Shown here piece by piece: positions 39,590 to 52,140 of a stretch of 64,000 bases of DNA. How positions within the stretch are numbered: position 1 is the stretch's first letter; every line of letters starts with the position of its first letter. The translations under genes and the position numbers were made by a program. Origin of the DNA: Chiloscyllium plagiosum (Eukaryota); NCBI RefSeq assembly GCF_004010195.1, contig NC_057735.1, positions 33,398,064 to 33,462,063 of the forward strand, written 5' to 3'. Under the pieces are notes generated by a model. The model had not been told where the DNA came from. It made no database searches and worked only from the letters and a program-made list of their open reading frames with translations.

Positions 39590-40440
39590 ATTGTAAATTC
39601 TGAGGAGGATCATGTAAACCCTACAAAAGGACACTTACAAGTTGGTGGAATGGGCAGGTAAGTGGTAAGCAAACTCCAATGCAGAGAAGTGTGGCATGAT
39701 AATGTTTCAGTGAAAAGAACATGGATGCAGCACAAAATAAAGGATGCGATCCTAAAGGGTGTGCTGGATCTGTATGTGCAGAAGTCTCTACACGTGGTAA
39801 TTCATGGTAGAGTGAACAGATAATAAAGCATATAGTATCCTAGACTTTATTAGTAGGAGAACATGGGACAAGAGCAAGTAGTTGGTACTGAACTTATATA
39901 AGAAGGGGCGGCACGATGGCACAGTGGTTAGCACTGCTGCCTCACAGCGCCAGAGACCTGGGTTCAATTCCCGCTTCAGGCAACTGTCTGTGTGGAATTT
40001 GCACATTCTCCCCGTGTCTGCGTGGGTTTCCTCCAGGATGGTCCGGTTTCCTCCCACAGTCCAAAAGTGTGCAGGTTAGGTGAACTGGCCATGCTAAATT
40101 ACCCGTAATGTTAGGTGAAGGGGTAAATGTAAGGGAATGAGTCTGGGTGGATTGCACTTCGGCAGGTCGGTGTAGACTTGTTGGGCCGAAGGGCCTGTTT
40201 CCACACTAAGTAATCTAAGATACTAATTCATCCTCATCTGTAGTATTGTGTACAGTGCTTAACACCACACATTAGGAAAGATGTGAATGCATGGAGAGAG
40301 TGCAGAAGAGGTTTGTGAGAATTAATCCAGGGGGAGGAGGAGAGGATCTAATAGAAATTTTCAAAAGCTTGAGGCACTGGGCCAGAGTAGATAGGGAGAA
40401 ACTGTTCCCACTCGTAACAGGATTGAGAATGAGTGGGAGC
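39590..40440 (+). mobile_element. CR1 LINE fragment interrupted by HE1
   Basis: aagttggtggaatgggcag..aatgcagagaagtgtg; MERVQKRFVR..DLIEIFK..RVDREKLFPL. Confidence 0.8.
39905..40218 (+). mobile_element. HE1 SINE (young)
   Basis: ggggcggcacgatggcacagtggttagc through taatcta. Confidence 0.93.
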
Positions 40441-40877
40441 GAGAGTCAAGTAACTGTCCCTGCCATGATGTGGGGTCAGGACCTGCATTTGAGTCCAGCA
40501 TCAGGGTCTAAATCCTAATGGAAAAGTGCAGCCCCATTATATATAAATAGTATAAATTAAGGTTATGCCAGTTAATTTAAAATCATGCAGTGAAAGACTT
40601 CACTTACACCTGAATGCACCAGTTCTAACTTTTTCTCGTATACCTAAAGGTTAAGTACTGCAACCTCATACTCTGACATGGATTTCAATGGCACATCTTT
40701 CAATAATGTAGCTACTTTGTGTAGCTTTTGGATTCAGCAGGCCCAATCAGACAATAACTTCCAAATGTTTGTGGTTAGTTGCATGTATGATACCAAGAGT
40801 TGATGTCTGATTTGCTGTTTTATCATGATAAATGCTGATATCTTCATCCTCATGTTTGTCATAGAATTCTTGTGTCT

Positions 40878-43020
40878 TTATTCACTCATGGGATGTGAGT
40901 GTCGGTGCCTGGCCAGCATTTATTCCCCATCCATTGTTGTCATTAAGAAGTTGGGGGTGGGCTGCCTTCTTGCAGCTGCTGTCTGTGTGCTGTAGGATGA
41001 CCCAGAAGGGCCTTAACGAGGAGGTTCCAGGATTTTGTCCAGCAACAGTGAAGGAGTGATGATATATTTCCAAATCAGGATGGTGAGTTGTTTCCAGGTG
41101 GTGGTGTTCCAAGTGGTGGTGTCAGCTGCCCTTGCCCTTCTAGATGGAAGTGTTCATGGGTTTAGAAGGTGCTGTCTGAGGATCTTTGGCCAATTTCTAC
41201 AGTGCATCTTGCAGGTAGTACACATTGTTGCTACTGAGGATTGTTGGTGAAGGGAGTAGATAGTTTTGAATGTGGTGCCCTCAGTTAGGCTGCTTTGTCT
41301 ATGATGGTGTCAGACATCTTGAGCATTGTTGGAGCTGCACGCATCCAGGCAAGTGGGTAGTGTTCCATCACACTCCTGACTTGTGCCTTAAAGGTGCTGG
41401 ACAGGATGTGGGGAGTCAGGATGTGAGATACGCACCGCATTATTCATAACCTCTGATCTGTTCTTATAGCCAATGTGTTTATATAACAGGTCCATTTGAG
41501 TTTCTGGTTAACGGTAGCCTCAAGGGTGTTAATAGTTGGAAAATCAGTGATGATAGCACCATTGAATATCAAGGTGCAGTGTTTAGATTGTCTTGGAGAT
41601 GGTACTGCCTGGCATTTGTTGTGATGCAAATATTACTTGCCACTTATTAACCCAAGCTTGGATATTGATTATATCTTGCTACATTTGAATATAGACTGCT
41701 TCAGTATCTGAGGAATCACGAATAGTGCTGAGCATTCTGCAATCATAAGTAATTATCCCCACTTCTGATCTTATGATGGAGGGGAGATCATTGATGAAAC
41801 AACTGAAGTTGATTGGCCCTAGAACACACCCTGATGAACTCCTGCAGAGATGGAGCTGGGGTGACTGCCCTCAAACAACACAACTATCTTCTTAAGTGCC
41901 ACTTATGACTCCAATCAGTACAGAGTTTGCCCCCGATATCCATTGACTCCAGTTTTGTTAGAACTCCTTAATGCAACACTCTGTGAAATACAACCGTGAT
42001 GTCACTCTCACCTCACCTCTGGAATTCAGTTCTTTTTTCCATGCTTGAACTAAGGCTGCAATGAGATCAGGAGCTGGGTGGCTCTGGCACAACCCAAACT
42101 GGGCATCACTGAGCAGGTTACTGACACCTTCCATCACTTTACTGATGATTGGGAGTAGACTGATGGGACGATAATTGGCCAAGTTGGATTTGTCCTGCTT
42201 TTTGCATACAGGCCTTACCTGGACTATTTTTGGAAAGATGCCAGTGTTCTAACCGCACTGGAAGAACTTGGCTAGGAGGCCGGAAAGTTCTGGAGCACAA
42301 GTCTTCAGTACTGTTGCCGGAATATTGTTAGAGCCCATAGACTTTGCAGTATTCAGTGCCTTAATATTACTTGGATTGAACTGAATTGACTGAAAACTGA
42401 TATCTGTGATTCTGGGAGCCATTGGAGGAGACTGAAATGAATCATCTAATCAGCACTTCTGGCTGAAGATTGCTGCGAATGCAATGACGTGTTGGGCTGT
42501 TTGGCCAGCATTAAGGATGGGGATATTTGTAGAGCCTACTCCTCCTCCATTGAGTTTGATTAGATTAGATTCCCTACAGTGTGGAAACAGGTCCTTCAGC
42601 CCAACTAGTCCACACCGACCCTCTGAAGAGTAACCCACCCAGACCCATTCCCCCTAACTAATGCACCTAACTCTACGGGCAATTTAGCATGACCAATTCA
42701 CCTCACCTGCACGTCTTTGGACTGTGGGAGGAAACTGGAGCACCCGGAAGAAACCCACGCAGACACTGGGAGAATGTGCAAACTCCACACAGACTGTGGC
42801 TGGAATTGAACCCGGGTCACTGGTGCTGTGAGGCAGCACTGCTAACCACTGAGCCACCGTGCCGCCCCAGTTGTTTAGTTGTATACCACTGTTCACAATT
42901 AGTGGCAGGACTGCAAAGCTTCGACCTGATCGGTTAGTTGTGAGATTGCTTAGCTTTATCTATCACTTGCTGATTATGCTGTTTGACTTGCAAGTAGTCC
43001 TCCTCGGTAGCTTCAGCAGA
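40878..43020 (-). mobile_element. CR1-clade LINE (second family) fragment
   Basis: ANYRPISLLPIISKVMEG..LLSDAQFG..HPAPDL; 3' end cacatcccatgagtgaataaa. Confidence 0.88.
42558..42868 (-). mobile_element. HE1 SINE nested in the LINE
   Basis: Full antisense HE1. Confidence 0.93.
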
Positions 43021-43449
43021 TTCATCTCATTTATCTTGTGGTCGGTCAGTAGCACAATCTGCCTGCTGATAGATAACTTAAAAAAAAACCACAATTTTCT
43101 CAACAACTGACAGAATTACAGAACAATATTTCACATTTGGGTCTTTTACTGTCACAAACTAAATGCACCACAGAATAACCATTACTTATCAGGCAACTAA
43201 TACATTAACATGGAAAGAACTTCCCCAATAACTATCAAATATGACCAAAATTCTTCTTCACCCACTTGAACATTTTGCCATGCAATCTACAGATGTATAA
43301 CCTTATGTATTCAAATTGAACACCTCCCAGACTTTCTAATCGGCTCCCTTCTCCATGCTACATCAAGACAGGTCACCTGTGGCTTCTGAAAACCCCTTCG
43401 TTCAATCCTGTGAATGTCCTTGAATGGAATTCCAGTTGCAAGGTTTAGT

Positions 43450-44130
43450 CGTGTGACTCTTTGACTAGTAAAAATCCAAATGTACTGTCCTCTTTTAGAA
43501 CAGAAAACTTGATCTTGAAATAATTCTTCTCTCTCAGCAGTCACATCTCTGCTTCCTCAATATTCAGGTCTCAGGGTTTCAGAATCTGTGTCCAGAGAGA
43601 TGAGTTGCTCCTCTTTTTTATAATAAGGTGAGAATGCTAACATTTCACTTTCCTCTGATTGGATTTCCTGTTATTCGCTTCTCGTCCACTTTCTTCAGGG
43701 TTCGACTCTTGCATCCATAGATTGCAACATTCAATACTCATGACAATACTGGACATTTTTCAGTCTCATCCTGATGCTTTTGGACTCTCAGACAGTACTT
43801 ACATCGCGAGTCATGCCTTTTGTCAAGGCTAACGTAAGAGAAAGTGAGGACTGCAGATGCTGGAGACCAGAGTTGAAAAATGTGGTGCTGGAAAAACACA
43901 GCAGGCCAGGCAGCATCCCAGGCGCAGGAGAATCGACGTTCCGGGCAGATTCCTGAAGAAGGGCTTATGCCCAAAATGTCGATTCTCCTGCTCCTCAGAT
44001 GCTGCCTGGCCTGCTGTGTTTTCCAGCACCACATTTTTCATCTCAAGGCTAATGTAATCTGGATTCATTCGTGGATGCACAACAGCTATTATCAACTAAA
44101 GAGGTTTTCTTTTTATCCTTCTAATACTGA
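43450..44130 (-). mobile_element. RTE-clade LINE RT C-terminal remnant
   Basis: After removing the 43838-44042 insertion: IQITLALTKGMTRDVSTV*ESKSIRMRLK and VAIYGCKSRTLKKVDEKRI, matching RTE YGCESWTLKK.D.RRI. Confidence 0.7.
43838..44042. mobile_element. Inverted-repeat mini-PLE (family A)
   Basis: Inverted arms plus one-sided tail; 15-bp TSD tcaaggctaaYgtaa at 43823-43837 and 44043-44057; CUGAAGA-A-GGGC-UUAU-GCCC at 43953. Confidence 0.92.
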
Positions 44131-45801
44131 ATGACTCATCTAAATATAAATAGTAGGTTACTACTTTATAAATCTGCAAAAAAAATCAAATTTCATTCCA
44201 TTTTTAAATATAGTGAATTATTTGGGGGAATTATTATGTAGCTATACTCTCCATTTATTTTGGACAAAGTATTCATCTGAATCATTCATCTAAAAAATTA
44301 ATCTTGAAAAGAGGGTTCCATAATGTATTTGCTAACATGTAGGTAGATGATGGGCTCTGTGGGCTCGAGGCAAACAGAAATTACTCGTGACAAGTGAGCA
44401 GTTACTTGTATGAAAACATGAATAAAATAAAGAAAGGAGTTACGTATTGAATAACATATATTGCTGAGAGTTTTATGTACAATATAATTGCTAAATGGCA
44501 CACAGCAAAACAACTGAAATATTGTGATGAACTGTTGAGTGAAGCAGCTTTTGAACCTTCTTAAAGCTCTCTTGATCTTGTTACTACCTTTAAATCTTTT
44601 CAGTTTTGCTTCTGTCAAATTGAGCACCCTATATCACCTCCAACATTTGAAAGACTGACTTTATGAATTTGTCCTCCAAGGTAAGGTTCTTATCTGGTCT
44701 GGTGACACCTGTGTAGAGGAGTAGGAGTTCGGATTTCAGATTGATGAGTTTTAAAGATTACCAACCTGAAATGTTGACACTGTTTCTCTTCAGCATTTTC
44801 TGTTTTTATTTCAGATTTCTCAATTCCACAGTATTTTGGTTTTCTATTATCATTGTCAGATTTCAAATTGGATAGTCTATGAGTTAGAATATATTTTAAT
44901 CAAACAGGATCTATGTTGTAATTAAGGTCATTAATAATGGGTACAATTTTTTGTTACCTGGAAATGGCTAGGAAGGTTGCAAGAAGCCAAGTAATTGGGC
45001 GAGTTTCATCTACATAGATACTCAGTCCCTTTTTGCCTCCTCATCAATCATATGCTGGTCAAGAAGGTCCACTGGGGACCTTCTTGACTCATCAGCAATT
45101 AAGAACCTTAAATGTTCAATTAACAGCTACTTAAGACTTTGACTCACCACTGGTCAGATTATCTGTCACCCTAGCAAATAAGAAAAGTGGCTGACTCTGG
45201 GAAACTTCAGTGACCTGTCGGCCAACTTTATGGTGGGATACCATTTACCCCAAATTGGGATCATTCAGGTGAAGGAATGAGGATCCAATGGAGTTGCCAC
45301 TGAAAATGACCCTGATGCTGTCACCTTCAACCCCTCAATCCTCCTGTACCCCAGCCCTGACTGTGCATGACCCCAAAGAGAGAAGTCTTATCATTGATTG
45401 CCTTGAAGATTAGTCCTCTCATGACAATCTTAAGGACCCAGAAACTGCTGCCCTCTGATTTGCCAGTAGCTCTGACGAAACGGGTCTTCCAATGTTGAGC
45501 CCTATGATTCACAATGAAATTTGTCAGATATCATTTTGTGTAATTCTTAAGGGTTGTCATTATGGTGTTCCTTTAGGTGTTTGACACTTCTGTCTATAGT
45601 GAGAAAAACTCCCCATGCTTTAGTTGCAAAATAACACTTCTTTATGTTGTCCCATCCACTAAGCCAATCTTTCATACCCAGTTAGTATTTCAGTGGGACT
45701 TTACTATGTCATACTTAGTTCTTGGGTACATCTGCATCTGTTAGCATCCTACTCAACCGTTGCTATGTAAAATTCCCGCCATACCTGGTCTATCTCAGGG
45801 A

Positions 45802-46015
45802 GGAGAAAGTGAGGTCTGCAGATGCTGGAGATCAAAGTTGAAACTTTATTGCTGGAACAGCACAGCAGGTCAGGCAGCATCCAGGGAACAGGAGATTCGA
45901 CGTTTCGGGCACAGGCCCTTCTTCCTGGAAGAAGGGCCTGTGCCCGAAACGTCGAATCTCCTGTTCCCTGGATGCTGCCTGACCTGCTGTGCTGTTCCAG
46001 CAATAAAGTTTCAAC
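45802..46015. mobile_element. Perfect palindromic mini-PLE (family A)
   Basis: Arms 45837-45925 and 45927-46015 (89 nt, no mismatch seen, 1-nt loop); 35-nt tail; 12-bp TSD ctatctcaggga at 45790-45801 and 46016-46027. Confidence 0.96.
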
Positions 46016-48464
46016 CTATCTCAGGGATAAGTGTTTTCATTAATCTGATGGCATTGTTTGAACTATTATTACCATGATCTTACACTTGAAGTTAAAGCCT
46101 AGGTGGAATGCCTAATCTATTAAATTAGGAATTTTGTCAGATTTGACGTTAACTTACTTTAGTTCCAACATCCACAGTGCCACCCTGCCCTCCCAAAATC
46201 CCTTCGCAAATTCCATCAATCCCACACAAATAACACAGCTATAATTATGTTATCCTAGTAAACTCTTGATGTAAGGTTAATCACTTTATAATACAGCACT
46301 TCCTTGGCAAATCATAGGTAATTCACATAGTGTTATGCAGACATTAAAAATTGTGTTAGAAGTGGCATGTCAGTGGGTGTGGTTTTACACTTTAGCAATG
46401 TCAGTGCAAATTATCTTACCAGGGTCTAATATTAACACCTTTGTGTTGCTCGTGGAACAAGAGATTTGTCACAACAAGAACTTTAAACAAATTTAAATCT
46501 ACTTTGAATAACATTTTCTACCTTCATTTATAAGTGGATCAGAATTGTCGCTTTGTCCATATACCATTGAAGATTACTACTGCTTGATTTTATGTTAATG
46601 CCATAGAAAGATAAAGAAAGATATTAGCAGATAAAATAGATGTATACATATACTCCTCGACATACAGAATGCAGGTTGAGATAAAACTTGTAGATGGAGC
46701 TTTGAAATATAGATTTTTTTTTCAAAATATGAATTACGTTGAGCAAAGGCAAAATGCTGTGGACATTGGAAATCTGAAATTGTGGAAAATCTTACCCGGT
46801 AGCATCTGTAGAGAAAGAAATAGAATGAATATTTTAGATCTGTGACCTTTCAATATTTTATTTTTCACTTTCTATAGTTTAAATTTTAATCCAATGTACA
46901 TATGCTTAACTTTCACTGAGCAAGTAATTCAGATTCCCCTTAAACTTTAAACTTTAAACCAAAGAAAGCCAAAACAAGACTGTAATTCCATGGTAGCAAA
47001 ACTAAAGGACTTTACTTTCTCTTTCTTTCACTGTAATGTTGATATGTTCTCCTCGGGTTCGTTGCTGAAAGGCAGATCTAGCCCATGTTGCTTCAACCTT
47101 CGTAATGGGTGGGAAAGAAGGCAGATCCTGAATCCAACCAAACACAAATAGGAATCGAAGCACATGTTGTCAGCAACGTGATCCATGCTGGCCATCCAGT
47201 GGCCTCCCACCGAATCTGTTTTGTTGTAGGAACAAACATTTTTTCATGCACACTGTAGCTTGGAGCTATGGATAGTGATGGCAAAGGCTTTAATGTCTTT
47301 CCATCATATAGCTGACCAGGACTTTTTCTGTTCCTTGCCGCCTGCCATTGGCATATATTCAAATATTGGAAGAAGCAGTCTTTTTGGCTGCATGATGAAA
47401 GTACCTAAATTGGCCATGGATTTCTGGAGTGGGACTTGGAGCCTGAACTTCTTGTTCTACCCACTCCACCGTAAGATTTCCAAGATGTCAGATAATTAAT
47501 TGTGAAATAGATGCAAAAGCCTTTGCCTTAAAGCCTTCAGTTAGCTGTAGAAAGTTAATAAATTGTGTAAACATTTTCAGCCCATTTAAGAGCCTTTAAA
47601 TCCGAAAACTCTCTTTGCAGCATCAGCAAACATTTTCCTTTAGATTTATTCAACCATCAATGCAATATTAAGTTCATTATAAGCTCAAATTACAAGGGCA
47701 ATCACTACAGCACTTTTAAAAATACATTGTGTAAGTACTTGCATCCTTGTACTGAAGTGACAATGTATATTCTACAGGTAATGAAACACAATTCATGACT
47801 TTACCTGATTATTTATTTGCCGTTTGCAATAAATTATCTGATCCAGATATTCAAAGCTAGTTGTAGTCCTGAGGATTGATTCTGAAAAGCCTTAATAATT
47901 AAATACTACAGAAGTCATTACATTGCAATACAATCTAATCTAATGCAATCATTCTGTAAAAAAGACTTCTTGTAATAAGTTATTTCAGAAAATATAATAG
48001 GTTCAATCAACATGAACTTGAATTGCATCTTCTTTATTAATAGCATATTTCCCTTGTCAAAGCCACTTTATAGTGGAAAATGGATTTGAGGAAATCAGTG
48101 AGGAAATCTCTTAAAAAAAAGCAAAGGAGTTTTATATCTTTTGTGAGTCAATTTTATCCAGTTTTCTCCTGTGGTTACAATTATTAATGGAATTGGGCCA
48201 GAGTGAATCTTTAGCTTCTCAAGAGCTTGTTAAAGGTTGATTTTGCCTGGCAATAACCATTGGCCTAAGTCTTCTGAGGAACAGCAGTCACTGTTGGATT
48301 GCTACCTTGACCCTGCATTTTTGTGTCTTAGCCAATCTCCACATGTTTGTCTTACACTGTCAGCATCTTCAAAAATGTGGAGTATATCTGAAATCAGGCT
48401 GCTTCTATGTAGCACTGGTTTGTGAGGAGAAGTGCGATGGCAAAGTCCTACTTTGGAAATAGAA

Positions 48465-48835
48465 CCAGTCTAAGTCAAGCTTGGAATACAGACAGACTCT
48501 AACCTCACACCTTTAATGCATTGTCTGAACTGAGATTCACCATTTTTTTATAAAACTTTAAGTTATCTTAGGAATGTGACTTGAAAGAAGTTCTGGGATT
48601 TATATATTAATGAATTGAAACCTGCAATTTATTCTAAAAGATGAAAGACTTAACAGCAATCTAGGTTTGTTCAATATATCATTTCAGTTGCATGACACAA
48701 TGATCTTGTGCTATAAGTTCTGTGTCGTATGATCTTGCCCCACTAGCTACCTGACAAAGGAGCAGTGCTCCAAAAGTTAGTACTTCCAAATAAACCTGTT
48801 GGACCATAACCTGGCATGTGATTTTTAACTTTGTC
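48465..48835 (+). mobile_element. PLE 3' terminal fragment (family B), decayed hammerhead
   Basis: UAC-CUGACAA-A-GGAGC-AGU-GCUCC-AAAA-GUUA-GUA, then cttccaaataaacctgttggac as in the 9989-10217 element. Confidence 0.8.
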
Positions 48836-49568
48836 AAGAGAAGACAAGCCATGCCTGTATTTTACAGCATTAACTGTTGCATTTTGATAGATTTTAGTGT
48901 GTTAGTGAACACCGATGTGAAATTTAAGCTGTTTTTCTGGGTGCTAGTGAATGAGCGATTGGGTGGATTCGGTGGATGGTATTTGAGGTTGACAATCAGA
49001 TTGAGATGAGCTGTCAGGTCAGTGATAGTCAGGTTGGGTCAAGTAGGCAAGTTGGGCAGCCATGTTTGGAGGAGGCTTGGGTGGGGGAGGAGGGGCTACT
49101 GAAGGAGGGGAATGGGAGTCTGGGAGATCAGTTGTATAGTTATGCAGGAGTCAGGCTAGAACTTTTCCATCTGATCAGTAACTATCCAGGTGTGAGTTAG
49201 AACTGTCCAGTCTCTAGATGGCCCAGGGAGTAAGGGAGTTGCTTATTTCTAAGCCAATTTCCAAGGGGTAAAAATGTCTCTTTGGATTTAGTCCCATATC
49301 TTGAGTCATATGTCCAGTCCCTAACTATCCCATAGACTGGAAGAACTAAACTTGTCTGTCAACATCAGTTACAGAAGGAAGCAAAGTATTTTCCAGTGGT
49401 GAAGATGAAGTGACACCTCTTATGTTTTGCAAATTTATCAAGTTTTGGTCCAGTTATTAAGTAATGTCACACTAAGGATTGACTTAATAGAGACTGAATA
49501 CCTAATGTGTATTGAATGAAGATAATGCTTTTATTAAATATGTGAAGAAGTCTTGTTTAAAAAATATA

Positions 49569-50388
49569 GGGCTGGATATTCACGGCTTTCACAAGGTAGA
49601 CACCAGTTAGGAGCTCCCCGTCTGACACACTCACCTTAAGAAAACATGCCACAGATGGTATGATCTTTCTCTCAGTGGGAGGGGTTAGTAACCGGGATGT
49701 GGTATACATGGATGTGGGATGGAATTCAGTCTGTCATCTCCTCTGACACAGATTGGAAATAGTTACAGGCTTTTTTCGGGGATTTTATCTCAGTTTGACA
49801 AATATTAGGCCATCTATCCTTTATACCTCATCCTTCACATCTCCCACACATTACCCACCCACTTGCTAGGCCTAATCTATACAACCCAACCCACTTCCCA
49901 TGGCCCTTCTAACCTATATCTCAGCTCACACCAATGCCCTTAACAGCACATCTTGCAACTTAGTGACAGCTCATCACGATTCAAGTTCCCCAACACATCC
50001 TTTGCCCTTACATCCTCCATGCCAACTCACCAGTTCACATCATAGTAAAACATCAACAACCATCACAGAGTTCACTGGGTTAATAAGTCTTATTCATAAA
50101 AGTCCATTCAATACATTTCAGCCTCTTCAAGTGCTTAAGTGTTTATGTCAACAAATATGTGTGTTCATGACACCGAATGGTTTTACAATCTCTTTTGTGC
50201 TTGTTTTGTCTATTGAGTTTAATTTGCTCAAATTATCATAATTCACTTTTGCAGTTTATACAATGCTCACTTTCCCCTGCTGGCAAAATGGAAATCTGCC
50301 AGAACTGAGAGTAGGATTCTGTATCCTGGTCCTCTTCTTCATTTCTGGTGGTCCTCAAAGTCTCCACAGCTCCATGAAAATCTAGCCT
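49569..50388. mobile_element. Non-autonomous DNA transposon (Harbinger-like MITE)
   Basis: Imperfect TIR gggctggatattcacgg / ccatgaaaatctagcct, flanked by ata on both sides. Confidence 0.5.
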
Positions 50389-50530
50389 ATAGTTTAGATT
50401 AAAGCTCAGGCCCCTCACTTTTCAGACTTGGGTTAACTTCCAGCTCCTCAGCCAAAAGCTTATTGTGATCCTCTGTACAAAATACATGCAAGGCACTTTA
50501 TTAATATAAAATATTTTTGAATTAGGAGTC

Positions 50531-50853
50531 TGTAGTGAATGGAACTTGTTTCCTATGAGACCCCTGATTGGGGTGGTTAACCTGGGCTAATCAAGAAAGC
50601 AGTCTCTGACCAAGCCCTCTTGTGGTACAGTGGTAATGTCCCTACCTCTGGACTGGAAGGCCCAAGTTCAAGTCCTACCTGCTCCAGAGGTGTGTAAATC
50701 AGGTTGATCTGAGAAATAAATATAACCAGGAGATTAGATTCTCCTTAGTTTAGGCAACTGACCCCAAGCTGGCTGGCCACAGCCAGTGTACTGTGCACAA
50801 CTAAATAAAGGGTGACTTAATGACAGGATCTAGGCCTCTGTGCAGTTATTTCA
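50531..50853 (+). mobile_element. Solo LTR (Gypsy-like)
   Basis: TGTAGT...TTTCA ends, AATAAA near 50804, near-TSD gagtc/gggtc. Confidence 0.65.
50612..50717 (+). mobile_element. Short tRNA-derived SINE inserted in the LTR
   Basis: A-box tggtacagtgg, B-box agttcaagtcc. Confidence 0.65.
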
Positions 50854-50855
50854 GG

Positions 50856-51281
50856 GTCAGGAAATTTGGTATGTCAATAAAGCCCCTCACCAATTTCTAT
50901 AGATGCACAATTGAAAGCACGCTGTCCGCGTGGAAAACGGCCTGGAATGGCAACTATTGTGCCCAGGATTGTAGGAAACTACAGAGGGTGGTGTGCGCAG
51001 CCCAGGCCATCCCAGGAGCCAACCTTCCATCCGTGGAATCTAATTCCACGGCTCACTGCCCTGCCCGGCTGTTACTAGACTGATGAATAGACTCTTCAGC
51101 CTCAAATAATGCTGACCTTGCTAACATTGATTTCTCATGTATGCCCTGTAAAATGTTACCTATCTGCCTCTGTCTAAATCTTTTGTTCTGTACATCCTTG
51201 CTTACTATGATCTGCCTGTACTGCTCATAAACAAAGCTTTTCATTGTACTTTGGTACACGTGACAATAAGTAAATCAATCA
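50856..51281 (+). mobile_element. Rex1/Babar-type LINE 3' fragment
   Basis: RKFGMSIKPLTNFYRCTIESTLS....AW.GN....D.RKLQRVV..AQ. Confidence 0.85.
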
Positions 51282-51839
51282 GTGTGAGATTGGAGTGTCT
51301 TAGTATTTTTTGATTAAAGCTCTATAAAAATGCTTACATTAAAGGGGCTACTTAAATGCAAATAATCTACTATAAACGAATGGGTTGTGTGTGTGAGAGA
51401 GTGAGACATGTTTTTGTGCAACCCTACTGGAGTTTTTTGACATGGAATGTGATGCATAAAAATGATCATGATGACCTCCTGAGTTAGGGTCATAACGATT
51501 CAACCTCCATAACCCCCTGAATAAAGGGACAGTTTAAAAAAAAGCATTTTGATAAGGGAGTACAGGGTCTTGCTGGGGGTTTCCAAAGGAGAATGTGATC
51601 CAGCGTACTGATTGCTATGAGTTTTGACATTGGTTAAAACAATGAAAATTTTAGTTGCTATAATCCCAGATTAAAAAGGATTTTCTTTGCATCTATTTCT
51701 TAGCACTGCATTAGATATTTCTATACTGCACACAGTGGCAAGTACAGGAATGATGTAGGGGAGCAAAAAACCAAACCATTTTGAAATTCATGAAGTGCAG
51801 AAAGCTGGGAAAGGAGTGAATCATTTGCTTTTCTCAATT

Positions 51840-52050
51840 GAGGGCTCTTTCCAATCAACAGTTTTTAAAAATTGGAGCATACTCGAAGTCTTCTTCCAGA
51901 TGGCCATGGAGAAAATTAAGAAGGTGGAGGAATATCTGTGACAACCACCTGCGACTGTGCAGTACTGCCACTGCTTCTGCTGCAAAAGTCCTGATCCTCC
52001 TGTCACCAGTGAGGATCATTTGGCATTTTGTAACTGCACTGTTGCCATCA
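51840..52050 (-). pseudogene. Decayed Harbinger (PIF) transposase-like N-terminus
   Basis: Across frameshifts PHW*QEDQDF, QKQWQYC and LSQIFLHLLNFLHGHLEED resemble Harbinger S.WWE...F.D..W..NFRMS..TF..L...L..HL. Confidence 0.45.
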
Positions 52051-52140
52051 TGAGAGCAGCTTTCAGTGGAGCATCACTGGATACTGATCCCATTAAATGG
52101 TGATCCTACTAAGTGACCCCTGATATCCATCTGATCAACA

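Noticed and set aside
45837-46015. Palindrome as a pre-miRNA, terminator or DNA-transposon MITE
   Set aside because: Arms match PLE termini elsewhere in the window, and the 12-bp TSD with asymmetric tail indicates retro-insertion
51822-51900. Plus-strand reading LLFSIEGSFQSTVFKNWSILEVFF resembling the CLC channel VLFSIE motif
   Set aside because: Short match, in-frame stop soon after, no other CLC exons; the opposite strand is better explained as Harbinger
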